Shown one piece after another: positions 22,134-33,061 of a DNA stretch of 64,000 nt. Position numbers and translations under genes: made by a program. Source of the DNA: Saccharolobus solfataricus P2 (GTDB lineage: Archaea; Thermoproteota; Thermoprotei_A; Sulfolobales; Sulfolobaceae); assembly GCF_000007005.1 (NCBI RefSeq), contig NC_002754.1. One strand, given 5' to 3'. Below the pieces are notes generated by a model that ran no database searches, was not told the origin of the DNA, and saw only the letters and a list, made by a program, of their open reading frames with translations. Position 1 is the first letter of the stretch. Every line of letters starts with the position of its first letter.

Positions 22134-23492
22134 CAGTATGGGAATCTCATTTTTCTTGTAAAAATGATAATATATGTAAGATTGAACCGCACCAGTTTTA
22201 TTCAAATATAACTGCATATATTTTATGAAAATGACAGTTAATAAGTCAGTTTTCAATAGCAGAATATAAATATATAGAATTAATTTCACGTAGCTGGAAG
22301 GAGGTGCATAGGGTTAGCTGGAGTTTAGGGGAATGACGTCTTCACTTCACGGAACGCGCGTCCTTGTTCCACTCTTACCTCCCGATCGAGGAGGTTCGAG
22401 AGGGAGACCGAGAACTCCCACAACTTTACCTTCCTCCAAGAACGGATCAAGAACCAGACATTCAAGAGAAGATAGGAAAGCAGAACGAGAACCAGTTCCT
22501 TCCTCACGTCACAAGTCCTAGTCCTGATCCTGAACTCCTCAAGAGAGCGAAAAGCATTCTCAATCCCCCACCTCTCCCTATACATCTCGGCAAGGACTAT
22601 GGCATCATAAAGATCCATCTCCCTCCTCACGAGGAAGGCAATACTCTTGCCGTCTTCCTTCCTCAGAATAATGAGATAAGCTCCACTCCCATGTCTCACG
22701 CAGAGAAATCCAGTATATCTAACTCCGCCAAAACTCACATCCACATCCTGCAACATCCCCTTGTACTTCTTGTACATCTGGGCCTTGGCAGATATGACGA
22801 AGTCCAAGCCCAACTCCAAGAGGTATCTAATCACTTCGTTCACCGCGAACTCCTTGTCCGCGAAGACCATGACGAGCCTCAGCTTGTCCTCCTCCAACTC
22901 CTTCACGATTACCTCCATCACCGCCTTGAAACCTTCAGCTACGTTCTTCACGGTCACTGGGATCACGTCCAAGAAGCTCCTCGTCCTCCCCAGGAGGAAG
23001 ATCGCAGCTTGAACCAGTCCCCACGACGTCCCCTTAGTTGGCTTTATCCTACTCAAGAAACTCTTGTCAGCGTGATATTGAGGTATGGCATGGAAGTCCA
23101 CTGCTACCCTCCTGTCCCTGACTCCCCTTAACGTCATCCTCCCCATCTTCCTCAACGCATCCCTCACGTCCTCAACTTGAACCGCGTTCAACTTTCTCAA
23201 CGCTCTTCTCCCATCTTTCCCCAACCTGCTCAAGTAGCTCCCACTCGCCTTAAGCAAGGCACTGAGGAGTTCCTCAGGGAAAAGTATTTTAGTGAGGACC
23301 GAGTAAATTATCTTGAGGCGGACCTGGCGAAGTCCCGGTTGAACTTCGCCGGTTTAGTTGTATTCTCATGCTTCATATGTTCAAGTCCGCCCTCGTATAT
23401 ACAAACTTTTCTACAGAAATTCTCATCCTCTCAACTTTTTCTGTATTTCATTCATCTCGTTTTTTTACGAGAAAAAAGAGATTCCCATACTG
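22134..23492 (-). mobile_element. ISC1359-like IS, full length, 1-bp frameshift near 23318
   Basis: Exactly 1359 bp between TIRs; one C missing relative to the 57607 copy. Confidence 0.92.
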
Positions 23493-24229
23493 ACGTGGAT
23501 AGGTCAATTTACAAACCTCAAGATTTTGTCTCAACGAACGTCTTTGGGACTGTAAACGTATTAGAGGCTGCAAGAAGGTATAACTTTAAGTATGTTCATA
23601 TCTCCACTGATGAAGTATACGGAGAGGAGTGCTCAGACGAGAACTCATCCGTAAACCCATCATCTCCTTATAGCGCATCTAAAGCGTCAGCTGATCTATT
23701 CGTAAAATCCTACATTAAGACGTATAATGTTGAGGCTATAATAGTTAGACCTTCCAATAACTATGGACCTAGACAATTTCCAGAGAAATTTATTCCAAAG
23801 GCTATAATTCGTACAATTCTAGGAATTTATGTACCAATTTATGGTAATGGGGAACAAGAGAGGGATTGGATTTACGTAGAGGATACTGCTAGGGTAATTT
23901 TCGATTTGATTCGAAGTGCAGAGTGGAGAGGTGAAGTGTATAATATTCCGGGAGGGTATAGGGTTAAGAACATTCAATTAATAAGACTGTTGGAGAGGGT
24001 AATCAAAAAAGAGATTAAAGTTAAGTACGTTTCGGATAGACCTGGACATGATAGAAGATATTGCATGATAAATACTAAACTAAATTACACTACAACTCCC
24101 CTAGAGGAGGGATTAAGGAAAACGTATGATTGGTACGCTAATAATAATTGGTGGTGGAGTTCGCTAGTTAATGATGAATTTTTCAAATCTGATGAACCCT
24201 GGAGACCTTACGAAGATAAAAAATACTAA
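23493..24229 (+). pseudogene. rfbB: dTDP-glucose 4,6-dehydratase, 5' half lost at IS junction
   Basis: VDRSI, STDEVYG, YSASK, NNYGPRQFPEK, DRPGHDRRY; no GxxGxxG N-terminus. Confidence 0.9.
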
Positions 24230-24383
24230 CGCACACACTTTTGAACCCTTTTAACTTCCCCCTCTCTAACCAAAATAGCAACGGCATTTTTCTGGAGAAT
24301 GTTCTCATGACCTTATTTAAGTTGTTTAAATATGAATTATTATAATTATGATGATAGTTATTCGATTTTACTCAAATTGGATA

Positions 24384-24550
24384 GGGCGATTCGGTTATCG
24401 ATCGCGAATTCATTTTATTTTTAAAAATTGTTACGAAATTAACTAAATGAAGACGAATAACTGGCGGACATACATGATTACTAATGTTAGCATTTTTATA
24501 AACACATTATATTTAGAAATTACAATTCACAAAGAAAATCCGAATCGCCC
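24384..24550. mobile_element. SM4-like MITE
   Basis: GGGCGATTC..GAATCGCCC TIR; seven copies in the window. Confidence 0.7.
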
Positions 24551-24617
24551 TGACTGTATGAAAGTATTCTCCCGACAAATGTTTTACGCTAAATTCTAGA
24601 ATAAGATACAGATTTAG

Positions 24618-25537
24618 CTAACTTACTTCTAATAAAATGAATTTAGCTAACTTACTTCTAATTTTATCCTTCCCAATAATCTTAATTGCTTCATTAACGA
24701 AGATTCTTTGGATATATAAAGTAGACACATTATCTGATAACAAAAAGATTTTCAAATAGAATTTTATCTTTTCTTCTTCACATAAGGATAATTTACCCAT
24801 CTTTCTTTTTTTATACTCTAAAATTTCGTTCAATATCTTTTCTTCTTGTACGCCGGGTAACAGTTCGTTTAATAAAGTCTCGATACAACCCTTATAGTCT
24901 TCATCTCGACCTATAACAATTAGAGTATAACACCTATCATCTTCGCATTTTTTGATATATGGGGGATTTGCTTCCGTTATATTGACTCCTTGGCGTATCA
25001 GTTCTTCTTTAATCTTTTCATAACCTTCTTCGTCTCCATCAATAATTAAGCATACATTACCTTCTTCCTCTGGTACTTTTTCTTTTATAGTTTCAATTAT
25101 ATTACTTTTTCCATTAGAAACTAAAATTTTTTCTTCATCATACCCAATTCCTTTTAATAGCTCTTTTTCAGTTTGACCTTCTACAATTATAGCAGATGGG
25201 GGTCAAAGGGGGCGGAAAACTTCGCCTCTTTGAGGCGGAGATGGATAGCCCCCTTTGTAGAAAAGTTTAAAAATTCTGACATAGATACACTTTTGATGAC
25301 AGTTACTGACGGAGTAAGCGTCACCGAGGCACCTCGGTTAAAGCGAGGGTCTATGAGGTACGCCTCTGCTCCAGACAATGATGGCACAGACGTTAAGTAC
25401 CATGCGGGGTGGGAGCCACCCTTAGTGCCTGTGGAGCTCCACCCTCTACCAGTTCTCTGGCAAGGTGGGGCTGTGAAGCAGGAAGCTCCCTCCTTCAGGA
25501 GGGGGTAGCTCACTTTACTACACTCACTATATATCAT
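24618..25537 (-). pseudogene. TOPRIM (DUF3226-like) gene interrupted by IS605-derived element
   Basis: Excising 25197-25513 gives a 200-aa [26 protein letters not shown]. Confidence 0.8.
25197..25513 (+). mobile_element. Non-autonomous IS200/IS605 derivative (SMN1-like, 317 bp)
   Basis: Left-end hairpin; tnpB-type right end GAAGCTCCCTCCTTCAGGAGGGGGTAGCTCAC; no TSD. Confidence 0.75.
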
Positions 25538-25539
25538 CT

Positions 25540-26487
25540 CTATATGTATCCCACCCAACTTAATGGTTCGTCTATTTCACTTATTTCTGAAAGTTTGTAC
25601 TCCCTTGACGTACCTCTCGTAGATAAATATATTATTTTGGCATTACTATCATCAAAGACTTTCGTCATCATCTTTATAACCTCATTCGAGTGTGTTGTGA
25701 AGACAATTTGTGAATTTTTGCCTTTATCTTTCATTACGTTAAAAATCTCTAAGAGTAAGTCGGGGTGAAGAGAGTTCTCAATCTCGTCTATTAGAAGAAG
25801 ATTAGAATATGTTAGGCTATCAATGATTAACTCCTTTTTTAGTAAACCTCTTCCAATTACATATGCTGGCTTAGTTTCGTTTTCCTTAACATAATGCACT
25901 TTATATAAACCCATCTCATCTGGCAAAATTTCAAAATCTGACTTAACTCCTTTTTTCTTTGCAGAACCTATTATCCTTTCTGGATAGTCATAAAAATCGA
26001 AATAAACTGATAGATACACTGGTAAAAAGTGTTCCATAATTTTATGTCTCTTGATTAACTTAACTTCTGGTACACGTATAGGAACAGAGATTGTTTCCTT
26101 AGCTAGGATTCCACTCGATAAAGATATTGAGGCTATCTTCTCATCTTTTTTAGACTCATCTTTTAATAAATAAATATCAATTTTTTCCTTCTCTTTTCTT
26201 CTGAACGATAATTTAATTCTCTCTCCGCCATGAAGTCCTAATTCAACTTCAGAATCTGTTAACGATAAAAATGCTGAAATCATGTCACCTCTGCTGTTAA
26301 ATGCGTAAATCATTAATGAACTAATATCACTTTCGCTATAGTCAGAGAGGAAAAGCGAGGAGAAAAATAATGCTTCTAAAAATGAAGTTTTTCCGGTTCC
26401 GTTCCTACCTATTATAGCATTAATTCTCCCCAAATTAACATTAAGTTTCAGACCCCTAAAATTGCCAATCGAAATATTTTCAATCAT
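25540..26487 (-). CDS. AAA_15/AAA_21 ABC-type ATPase
   Basis: GRNGTGKT, IGRG, LLIDEIENSLHP, TTHS. Confidence 0.9.
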   Translation of the reverse strand: MIENISIGNFRGLKLNVNLGRINAIIGRNGTGKTSFLEALFFSSLFLSDYSESDISSLMIYAFNSRGDMISAFLSLTDSEVELGLHGGERIKLSFRRKEKEKIDIYLLKDESKKDEKIASISLSSGILAKETISVPIRVPEVKLIKRHKIMEHFLPVYLSVYFDFYDYPERIIGSAKKKGVKSDFEILPDEMGLYKVHYVKENETKPAYVIGRGLLKKELIIDSLTYSNLLLIDEIENSLHPDLLLEIFNVMKDKGKNSQIVFTTHSNEVIKMMTKVFDDSNAKIIYLSTRGTSREYKLSEISEIDEPLSWVGYI

Positions 26488-26531
26488 TACTAATGATTTA
26501 TTTTCTTGCTATAAAAGCATAATGCCTAAAG

Positions 26532-26708
26532 CTGGGGGTCGGACTTTCATTGAGATTTCATGAATTTGTATTCAACCCCTCGTCCTCATACCCCTTATTT
26601 TCCTCCCCATGCCGTCTACGGGACTAACTCCCTTCAAGGACATGAGGAGTTTCATCAGGTACCTTCCTCCCCCTCACATTGCTCACAGAGTTCATTGTGG
26701 CACCCTCT
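26532..26708 (-). mobile_element. Orphan tnpB 3' end / right end (IS607- or IS605-like)
   Basis: GC-rich island ending TGAAAGTCCGACCCCCAG, similar to 28416-28519. Confidence 0.5.
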
Positions 26709-26804
26709 AACTTAATGTTAGCATGAAAGTTTATAAATTTTAATGCTTCTAACATTCATATTAAATGACATGAACTTCACGACTTATCGGAAACTGCTGA
26801 CAAC

Positions 26805-26964
26805 GGCGATTCAAGTCTCTTTTATGTACTGCAATTTCTAGATAATACGTTATAAAAACTTAACGTTAGTAATCGCGTTCCTGCTAGTTAGTCGCCTTCA
26901 TTTAGTTAATTTCGTAACAATATTCGAAATAAAGTGAATTCGCAAAAGAAGCCTGAATTGTCCC
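26805..26964. mobile_element. SM4-like MITE
   Basis: Reverse homolog of 24384-24550. Confidence 0.65.
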
Positions 26965-27009
26965 GAGTCCCTAATATTGCGAGGAGAGGATGTGATAACT
27001 GCAGTTAAT

Positions 27010-27400
27010 TTATTTTACCCAAATCCTTTCTATTCCATTAATTTTATCGAAATCTGAATCCTCACTTACTATCTTTTTTATTGAATTATTTATCATTACA
27101 GCTACGTGGAAAGCATCAGACGGTTTTAAAGTCTTACTTATCATTATCCCCTTTGCTTTTTCATAATCATGAGAGTTGATTGGCAGTATAATTGTATAAG
27201 GAAGTATTATCTTATCTAAGAAATCAATTGTATCCTCAAATTTTACATTATACTTCTTTTTTGATAATGTAAATAACCTCATCTATAATCAAAGGGTCGA
27301 TAGATAACCTATCTTCATTCAATAACTTAAGATAAAATTTCTCCACTTCCTAAACTCCTAAATTTAAGTATATTAAGAAATTAGCATCGAGGAAAATCAA
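27010..27400 (-). pseudogene. vapC: vapC pseudogene
   Basis: MIFLDANF start at 27400, in-frame TAG at codon 17, plus +1 frameshift in an A-run; DAFHVA and SEDSDFD retained. Confidence 0.85.
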
Positions 27401-27657
27401 TTATCGAATTCCTCCTCTAAACTAACGTTAATTAAATCTCCAAGTTTAGCCTTATTTGCATATGAGATTTTAGCACTATGTTCCTCCATCTTCTTTTTTA
27501 AGTCATCAAAACTTACCTTTCTTTCAGGCTCAAGAACAATTTTACCATCTTCGACTCTTAGGATTAATATATCTCCCTCCTTTATTTCAAGAAGATCCCT
27601 AACAGTCTTAGGGATTATTATATATCCTTTCTTTCCAACTTCAATCTTTAGGGTCAA
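27397..27657 (-). CDS. vapB: AbrB/MazE-type VapB antitoxin
   Basis: VGKKGYIIIPKTVRDLLEIKEGD. Confidence 0.9.
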   Translation of the reverse strand: MTLKIEVGKKGYIIIPKTVRDLLEIKEGDILILRVEDGKIVLEPERKVSFDDLKKKMEEHSAKISYANKAKLGDLINVSLEEEFDN

Positions 27658-27869
27658 ACTCTACTCACTTGAGCTAAACTAGCCAAACTAATATATAAAC
27701 TTCTCATTCAATAAGTGTTGTAGGTCAACCCTTGAATTATAAAACTCAGATAGTACTTTACGTAAATTCACCTTAAATCATTTAAACCTTAAATCTAACA
27801 TAGATTCTCTTCAAGAAGATTTAAATAATCGCAAATACTTCAAGCGTATATAGTATAAATATTCCTTAA

Positions 27870-28075
27870 ATAAATCCTACATTGGAAAAATTAAACGTTA
27901 TATATTATACGTTATTCTCAAGAAACTACTACGATAGTGTTTGATGAGTTCTGGACTTACCTTCATGTTAAGCATAGGAAGAGGATGAAGGATTTATGGG
28001 TTTGCTAGATGGGATACTTTTATTGGGTCTGGGGATAGGAATTATAAGACCTTCATAGGGTTTCACAATATATTA
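27870..28075 (+). mobile_element. IS1-family transposase relic
   Basis: Frame reads IVFDEFWTYL..KDLWV..GDRNYKTF. Confidence 0.5.
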
Positions 28076-28166
28076 ATCCTAAGCTCTTAGGCTTCACCAA
28101 AGTGATGGGCAAAAACCATTTATCCTTCTTTGCCCCGTTAGCGGGAAAACCCCAATCGGTGGGTAA

Positions 28167-28271
28167 CCTATATATAGGTTAATTAGCTGGGGAGAGTAAT
28201 ACGCCTCAGCTGGGGAAAATGGTCAAAAAGGTAACTGAAGCCAAGTCTTCGGTCTAGGGCGTGACAAGCCC
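28167..28271 (+). mobile_element. ISC1229-like IS110 left end (target-binding loop only)
   Basis: Homologous to 2311-2419. Confidence 0.85.
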
Positions 28272-28336
28272 CTTATATAAAACATATTAGTCAGATCTGC
28301 GTAATACAGATCTGAATGGGGTGTAGGTGTTACCAC
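28272..28336 (+). mobile_element. ISC1190-like IS110 left-end fragment
   Basis: CTTATATAAAACATATTAGTCAGATCTG matches the reverse of 21718 onward. Confidence 0.85.
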
Positions 28337-28415
28337 TAGTATTTTGGAAAAGTTCTTAGACTATGATCTAGTGGTATATCCTTTGCCTAAAGCTATAAAC
28401 TTTCTGAAAGCACTA
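28337..28415. mobile_element. SM1 MITE (79 bp)
   Basis: ISC1048-like TIRs, AC duplication; second copy at 45805. Confidence 0.85.
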
Positions 28416-28606
28416 ACGCTAATGAGGCGGAGATGGAAGAACGAGTTTATCCGTGACTCTGATGAAGCCCAAGGGCTGAGGATTAAATATCGTGAAATCC
28501 TATGAAGCACAAACCCCAGATTGACAATCTTCAATTGGATAGATTCACTGGCGACTATGAGGTTTTTTGGATGAAAGCTTAAATTGCGGAATTCAAGGTT
28601 TTATAT

Positions 28607-29065
28607 ATGGCAGATGATATATTGTATAGGACTTTGGGGGAGTTATTAAGTAATTACGTTAAAACTTTACTAGAGAAGAGTGGTCAAGGAAAGAGGTTGA
28701 GTGAGCAGGAATACTTGATTTTAATGAACTATTATAATAGTAAGAACATGGATTACGTATTTACAGAGTTAAGAAATATTAGAAACGAGTTGAGAGGAAT
28801 TATGGAAATTATAGATAGGAAATCTAAAGAGGCTATTGACTACGCTGATAAGAGCAGAAAGGAAGCCATGGAGTATGCTGAGAAAAATAAGAAGGAGGTA
28901 ATAGATTACGTAGATAAGACTAAGAAAGAAATGTTGGATTATGTGGATAAGAGATTTGAGGCAATAGATAAAAGATTTGAGGCAATAGATAAAAGATTTG
29001 ACGATTTGAATAATAGAATTGACGATTTAAGGGAATTGATTTTAACGTTGGCTAAGAAGACATAA
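28607..29065 (+). CDS. paREP/DUF1640-like coiled-coil protein
   Basis: Four 11-aa repeats followed by RFEAIDK heptads. Confidence 0.65.
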   Translation: MADDILYRTLGELLSNYVKTLLEKSGQGKRLSEQEYLILMNYYNSKNMDYVFTELRNIRNELRGIMEIIDRKSKEAIDYADKSRKEAMEYAEKNKKEVIDYVDKTKKEMLDYVDKRFEAIDKRFEAIDKRFDDLNNRIDDLRELILTLAKKT

Positions 29066-29304
29066 CTATATTAATTATTATCTAATTACTTCTGACCCCT
29101 CTCCGTCCTAAACGGTTAGACCCAAAATCATCTTACAAATATAAATTCAGCTAGGATTATCATATTATTTCTTCAAATATAAGAAAATTTTCTCTATTTT
29201 TCTTATTATCAATAATCTAAAATTTAATTATATGTATCTGATGATATAAATAAAATTGGATTTCTTTGAATTTAATGTCATTTTTCATATATGTTCATAC
29301 TCAA

Positions 29305-29468
29305 GGGCAATTCACGCTTCTTTTGCGAATTCACTTTATTTCGAATATTGCTACGAAATTAACTAAACGAAGGTGACTAGCTAGCAGAGACGCACGATTA
29401 CCAGTATTAACATTTTTATAAACACATTATTTACAAATCACAATTCGCAAAGGAAACCAGAATCGCCC
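29305..29468. mobile_element. SM4-like MITE with 8-bp TSD
   Basis: ATACTCAA at 29297-29304 and 29469-29476. Confidence 0.8.
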
Positions 29469-29813
29469 ATACTCAATTAACACTTTTTATATTAGCTATT
29501 ATAAAAAATATTACTATAGGATTGAAATTTTCTATAAATTTTGGTATAATTGAGTAAAATAATCATGTAATGCATGATAATTGGTTATTAACGGAAAGCT
29601 ATTATTTTTAATAATACGATTTTGGGTCTACCGATAAGGGGCGAGGCTTGCCTTTCCTTTGTCAGTCTTTCACTTTCTAATCCCGTAATTATATTCAGAT
29701 TAAACGGCTAGTTATAAAAACCTCTAGTCTGATAATATTTTTACTAAAGACTTTTCGAATAAGAAGACTGTATGAGAACAGTCCCCCTTAACCTATATGG
29801 GTTAAAAAAGTAG

Positions 29814-30329
29814 TTATGTATTAACTACAGTGAACTTAGCTAAAGCTTCACTTGAAGGCCCTATGGCTGGAGTATACAACTTTACGTAATATGTACCTGG
29901 TGATAGATGAATTGGTATTAATAGCTGGAACTGTGCCTCACTTCCTAATATCACTACGAAACCGCTATACCAGTTTACATAGTCTTTCTTATTATTGTTC
30001 CATGGTGCTTGTATGACTTTTACTGTGTAGTTTGATATCTGTGAGGAGTTAAGATATATATGCCAACTTGAGTTGTAAATCTCCATTAGAGGAGCTGAAG
30101 CTGGATACGCATCTGGTCCGTCTACATCAGTAATATTTAGTATTAGTAACGTACTAGAATTCTCTGGGGATGCACTTATGTATGTTATTTCAAGTTTTGG
30201 AAGCTTAGAGTTATTAAATAGAGGTCCTACAACGTTTCCATATGCCCACTGCCCAGTACCTAATATCCATCCAATTGTTATAATTGCAAATATAATTCCA
30301 ATAACTATAGTTTTGTCCATTCCAATCAC
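29814..30329 (-). CDS. doxA: Thiosulfate:quinone oxidoreductase subunit DoxA
   Basis: [11 protein letters not shown] and DGPDAYPAS motifs; coupled to doxD. Confidence 0.85.
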   Translation of the reverse strand: MIGMDKTIVIGIIFAIITIGWILGTGQWAYGNVVGPLFNNSKLPKLEITYISASPENSSTLLILNITDVDGPDAYPASAPLMEIYNSSWHIYLNSSQISNYTVKVIQAPWNNNKKDYVNWYSGFVVILGSEAQFQLLIPIHLSPGTYYVKLYTPAIGPSSEALAKFTVVNT

Positions 30330-30877
30330 CAGAACTTTATTAGGTTCAATAACGGTATCTTTTTAGATAAGGACCAATCACCAAACTTCTTATATAAGTA
30401 ATAATCTACTCCCCAAACTCTTCCAGCTGCGGTTAGCATTAGTACTATTGCTCCAGCAGTTAAAAGTGAACCAATTTGCCACTCATCCTCACATGTTGAA
30501 CCTAACCAATACGCAGGTGCCATGCCTATGGCCATTACCGCTGCCCCAAATGCTGAAAGTCTTGTTAAGAACCCTATTATTAAGAATAAACCGACTAAGA
30601 TTTCTACATAGCTGAAGATTGTTAGGAATGTTACATCAAATGTCCTATTTTCTAAAGTCATGAGCAGAAAATCCTTAAATGGACCCGCGTGAGGTAAAAA
30701 GTTCACTAACTTTCCTCCTACAAAGGAACTGGAGTTTGGATCCAGTTTAGCCGGTTTTAATATAGCTTTTCTTATACCTCCATCGAAGAACATCCAACCT
30801 ACTGCGAACCTTATAGGGAACAAGTATTCCTTTCTAGTTAGGTTATCTACGACTTGTTTATTTGCCATCTTTCCCAC
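30326..30877 (-). CDS. doxD: Thiosulfate:quinone oxidoreductase subunit DoxD
   Basis: [12 protein letters not shown] and [12 protein letters not shown]. Confidence 0.9.
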   Translation of the reverse strand: MGKMANKQVVDNLTRKEYLFPIRFAVGWMFFDGGIRKAILKPAKLDPNSSSFVGGKLVNFLPHAGPFKDFLLMTLENRTFDVTFLTIFSYVEILVGLFLIIGFLTRLSAFGAAVMAIGMAPAYWLGSTCEDEWQIGSLLTAGAIVLMLTAAGRVWGVDYYLYKKFGDWSLSKKIPLLNLIKFW

Positions 30878-31048
30878 CTGTTATATGTATATAATAAAGT
30901 TAAAACTAGTTAAAATATTTTTCGTTAAAACTAGTTAAAGCAGTTTTAAATAATAGGTTTTTATTTAAAGTATAATTAAAATAATCATATTTTATAAATT
31001 AAAATAAAGTATATAACAGAAAGGATTAAAAATTATATCCTATAAGAG

Positions 31049-31085
31049 AGCTTCTGGTATAAAAACCTTTCCATAGAAAATACTT
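31049..31085 (-). mobile_element. ISC1190-like right-end fragment
   Basis: AGCTTCTGGTATAAAAACCTTTCC matches 20534 onward. Confidence 0.7.
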
Positions 31086-31175
31086 TGTTGATTCGTTCAA
31101 TTTGTCTCATTAAAACGATATTGTATAACACTAATTTTTCAGTAATTAATATTTATTTCAACGTTCCTCTCAAGC

Positions 31176-32134
31176 TTACACCCTAATGCCCGGAGCCCTA
31201 CCGACTACAGAATTCGCCAAGTTAACCATCCACGCGTAAGCCCAGAACTTGAGCTTAGCCTCAACTACTTGCCCAGCAAAACTTGTCTAACCGATTCCCC
31301 AAAAGTACGCTTCACAGAGAACAAGGACTCGACCCGCCACCTAACGCCATAACCCTTCTCCTCCCTCCAACGATCATAACCCAACTTCCTAAACTCCCGC
31401 ACAGCCTTACGTCTAGCAAGATGGCGTTTAGTAGAAGCGTTCTTCTTGGGAGGAACTACAACCTCAACTCCGGTCTTGTAAACCTCATTGGCATCATATG
31501 TCTTATCTTCATAAAACTTCTTTCCCTTATCTTGAAGATCCTTAACTGTTTTTACAGCACTTTCAACCTCGTTGCTAGTGACCTCAGCGTTTATCACGTT
31601 GAATTCGTTATTGTCCATTACTATCTCGATCTTGAGGAATTTTGAATCCCTAGTCTTACCCCACTTGGCAACAATGTATTGTCCTCCCGTGTTTGTGCTA
31701 ATGCCGGTAGCGTCTGCAATTACTTCAAGTTCGTCACTTGCCTCGGGGAAGGTTATGTTCATGTTCCTCACTCTCTCCCATATTGTTGAGTAATCGAGGC
31801 TTGTGGGGATGATTTTCAATTGTTCTAAGGCTCTTAATACTCCTTCTATTGCAAGGTAGGAAGATGTGGAGGAAGGCTAGGAAGTCGTTGAACTCCTTCG
31901 GAGCTTTATACTTTGTCCTAGCGTTCCTGTTCTCCTCTGCTAATAAGTCCCACCAATGTTCGAATACGTAGAAGGGGAACATCAACTTATATCTAGTTAT
32001 GACGTTCTCGTCGTACTTGCTCCAGTCCCTCTTGTACTTACTCTTTCCCATAGGTAATACTTAAACGAATAATCTATAAACTTTTTGTACAATTCTGAAG
32101 CAATCCACAAAGCACATAGAAAATCAAGCATGGT
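31176..32134 (-). mobile_element. IS5-family (ISC1058-like) element, frameshifted
   Basis: MGKSKYKRDW.., IADATG, ADKTYD-like and RWRVES motifs spread over several frames. Confidence 0.8.
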
Positions 32135-32317
32135 TAGTAGTTTTAGGAAATTCCCTTATTATAAAAAGTCAAAATATTTATCCATGTATTTATAAATATC
32201 TTTCATTGTACTTCTTAATATTATAGCTTATCAATAAACATTTCTCATCTAACCGGAAAGATTTATTATATATTTTTAATGTAACGTAAAAGTGTAACGA
32301 TTTTCCTATAAACGCTA
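32135..32317. mobile_element. SM2-like MITE
   Basis: Near-identical to 33062-33244. Confidence 0.75.
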
Positions 32318-32390
32318 ATAGTACTTTTTAAATAAGATGACTGCAAGAGATCTTCCTTTGGTCTGTATATCTTTATGAAAAGTTTATAAA

Positions 32391-32645
32391 GTGGGAATAC
32401 AAAATCAACTTATGGGATATATAGTCACAGTTGATGAAAGAGGAAGGATTGTAATACCGAAGGATATTAGAGAGAGGCTTAACTTGAAAGAAGGAAGTAA
32501 AGTTGAGATAAGTGTGGACGAAAAGGGAAGGATTATTATTATTGTAAGGAGGATAAGTGTGGACAATATTTATGGAATTGCAGGAAGGGAAAGAGTTAGT
32601 ATTGAGGAGATTGAGGAGGCTTTAGGATTTGAAGATAATGATTGA
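32391..32645 (+). CDS. vapB: AbrB-type VapB antitoxin
   Basis: VDERGRIVIPKDIRERLNLKEG; true start may be the ATG ~21 nt downstream. Confidence 0.9.
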   Translation: MGIQNQLMGYIVTVDERGRIVIPKDIRERLNLKEGSKVEISVDEKGRIIIIVRRISVDNIYGIAGRERVSIEEIEEALGFEDND

Positions 32646-33024
32646 TTCTAACGTATTTATCTATGTTCTATTTTCTGATCCATCCTATGGGGAAAGAGCT
32701 AAGGAGTTATTAAATAAGGCTGAAAATGAAGATGCTTATTCATCAACTCTCATAATTTCCCAAGTCCTTGCACACTTAGAGAGGAGGAGAAAATCTGAAA
32801 TTATCCCCGTTTTTATAAATTATATTCAACAATCTGGAATAAAAATATTAGAAACCAGGTGGGAAGACGTAATTGAAGCCATAAAGCTTTTGAGGAATAT
32901 GAATCTGAGCTATAATCTTTGGGATGATGCAATAATTTCAGCCCAAATAAAGAGGGAAAAGATAGACATAATTTTCTCTAACGATAAAGATTTCGACATT
33001 CTTCAAGTTAAAAGAGAATTCTAA
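32629..33024 (+). CDS. vapC: VapC PIN toxin
   Basis: MIDSNVF, WDDAII, SNDKDFD. Confidence 0.9.
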   Translation: MKIMIDSNVFIYVLFSDPSYGERAKELLNKAENEDAYSSTLIISQVLAHLERRRKSEIIPVFINYIQQSGIKILETRWEDVIEAIKLLRNMNLSYNLWDDAIISAQIKREKIDIIFSNDKDFDILQVKREF

Positions 33025-33061
33025 GAAAAAGCTGGAAAAATGGGTTAAAATTATTCTCACT

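Noticed and set aside
23177-23492. N-terminal extension of the 350-aa dehydratase ORF
   Set aside because: Derived from the antisense IS end, not a real domain fusion
25173-25768. ORFs 25173, 25187 and 25409 as proteins
   Set aside because: They span the non-coding IS605 derivative or are antisense to the ATPase
29814-30877. doxDA as a novelty
   Set aside because: Well-known Sulfolobales genes with nothing unusual here
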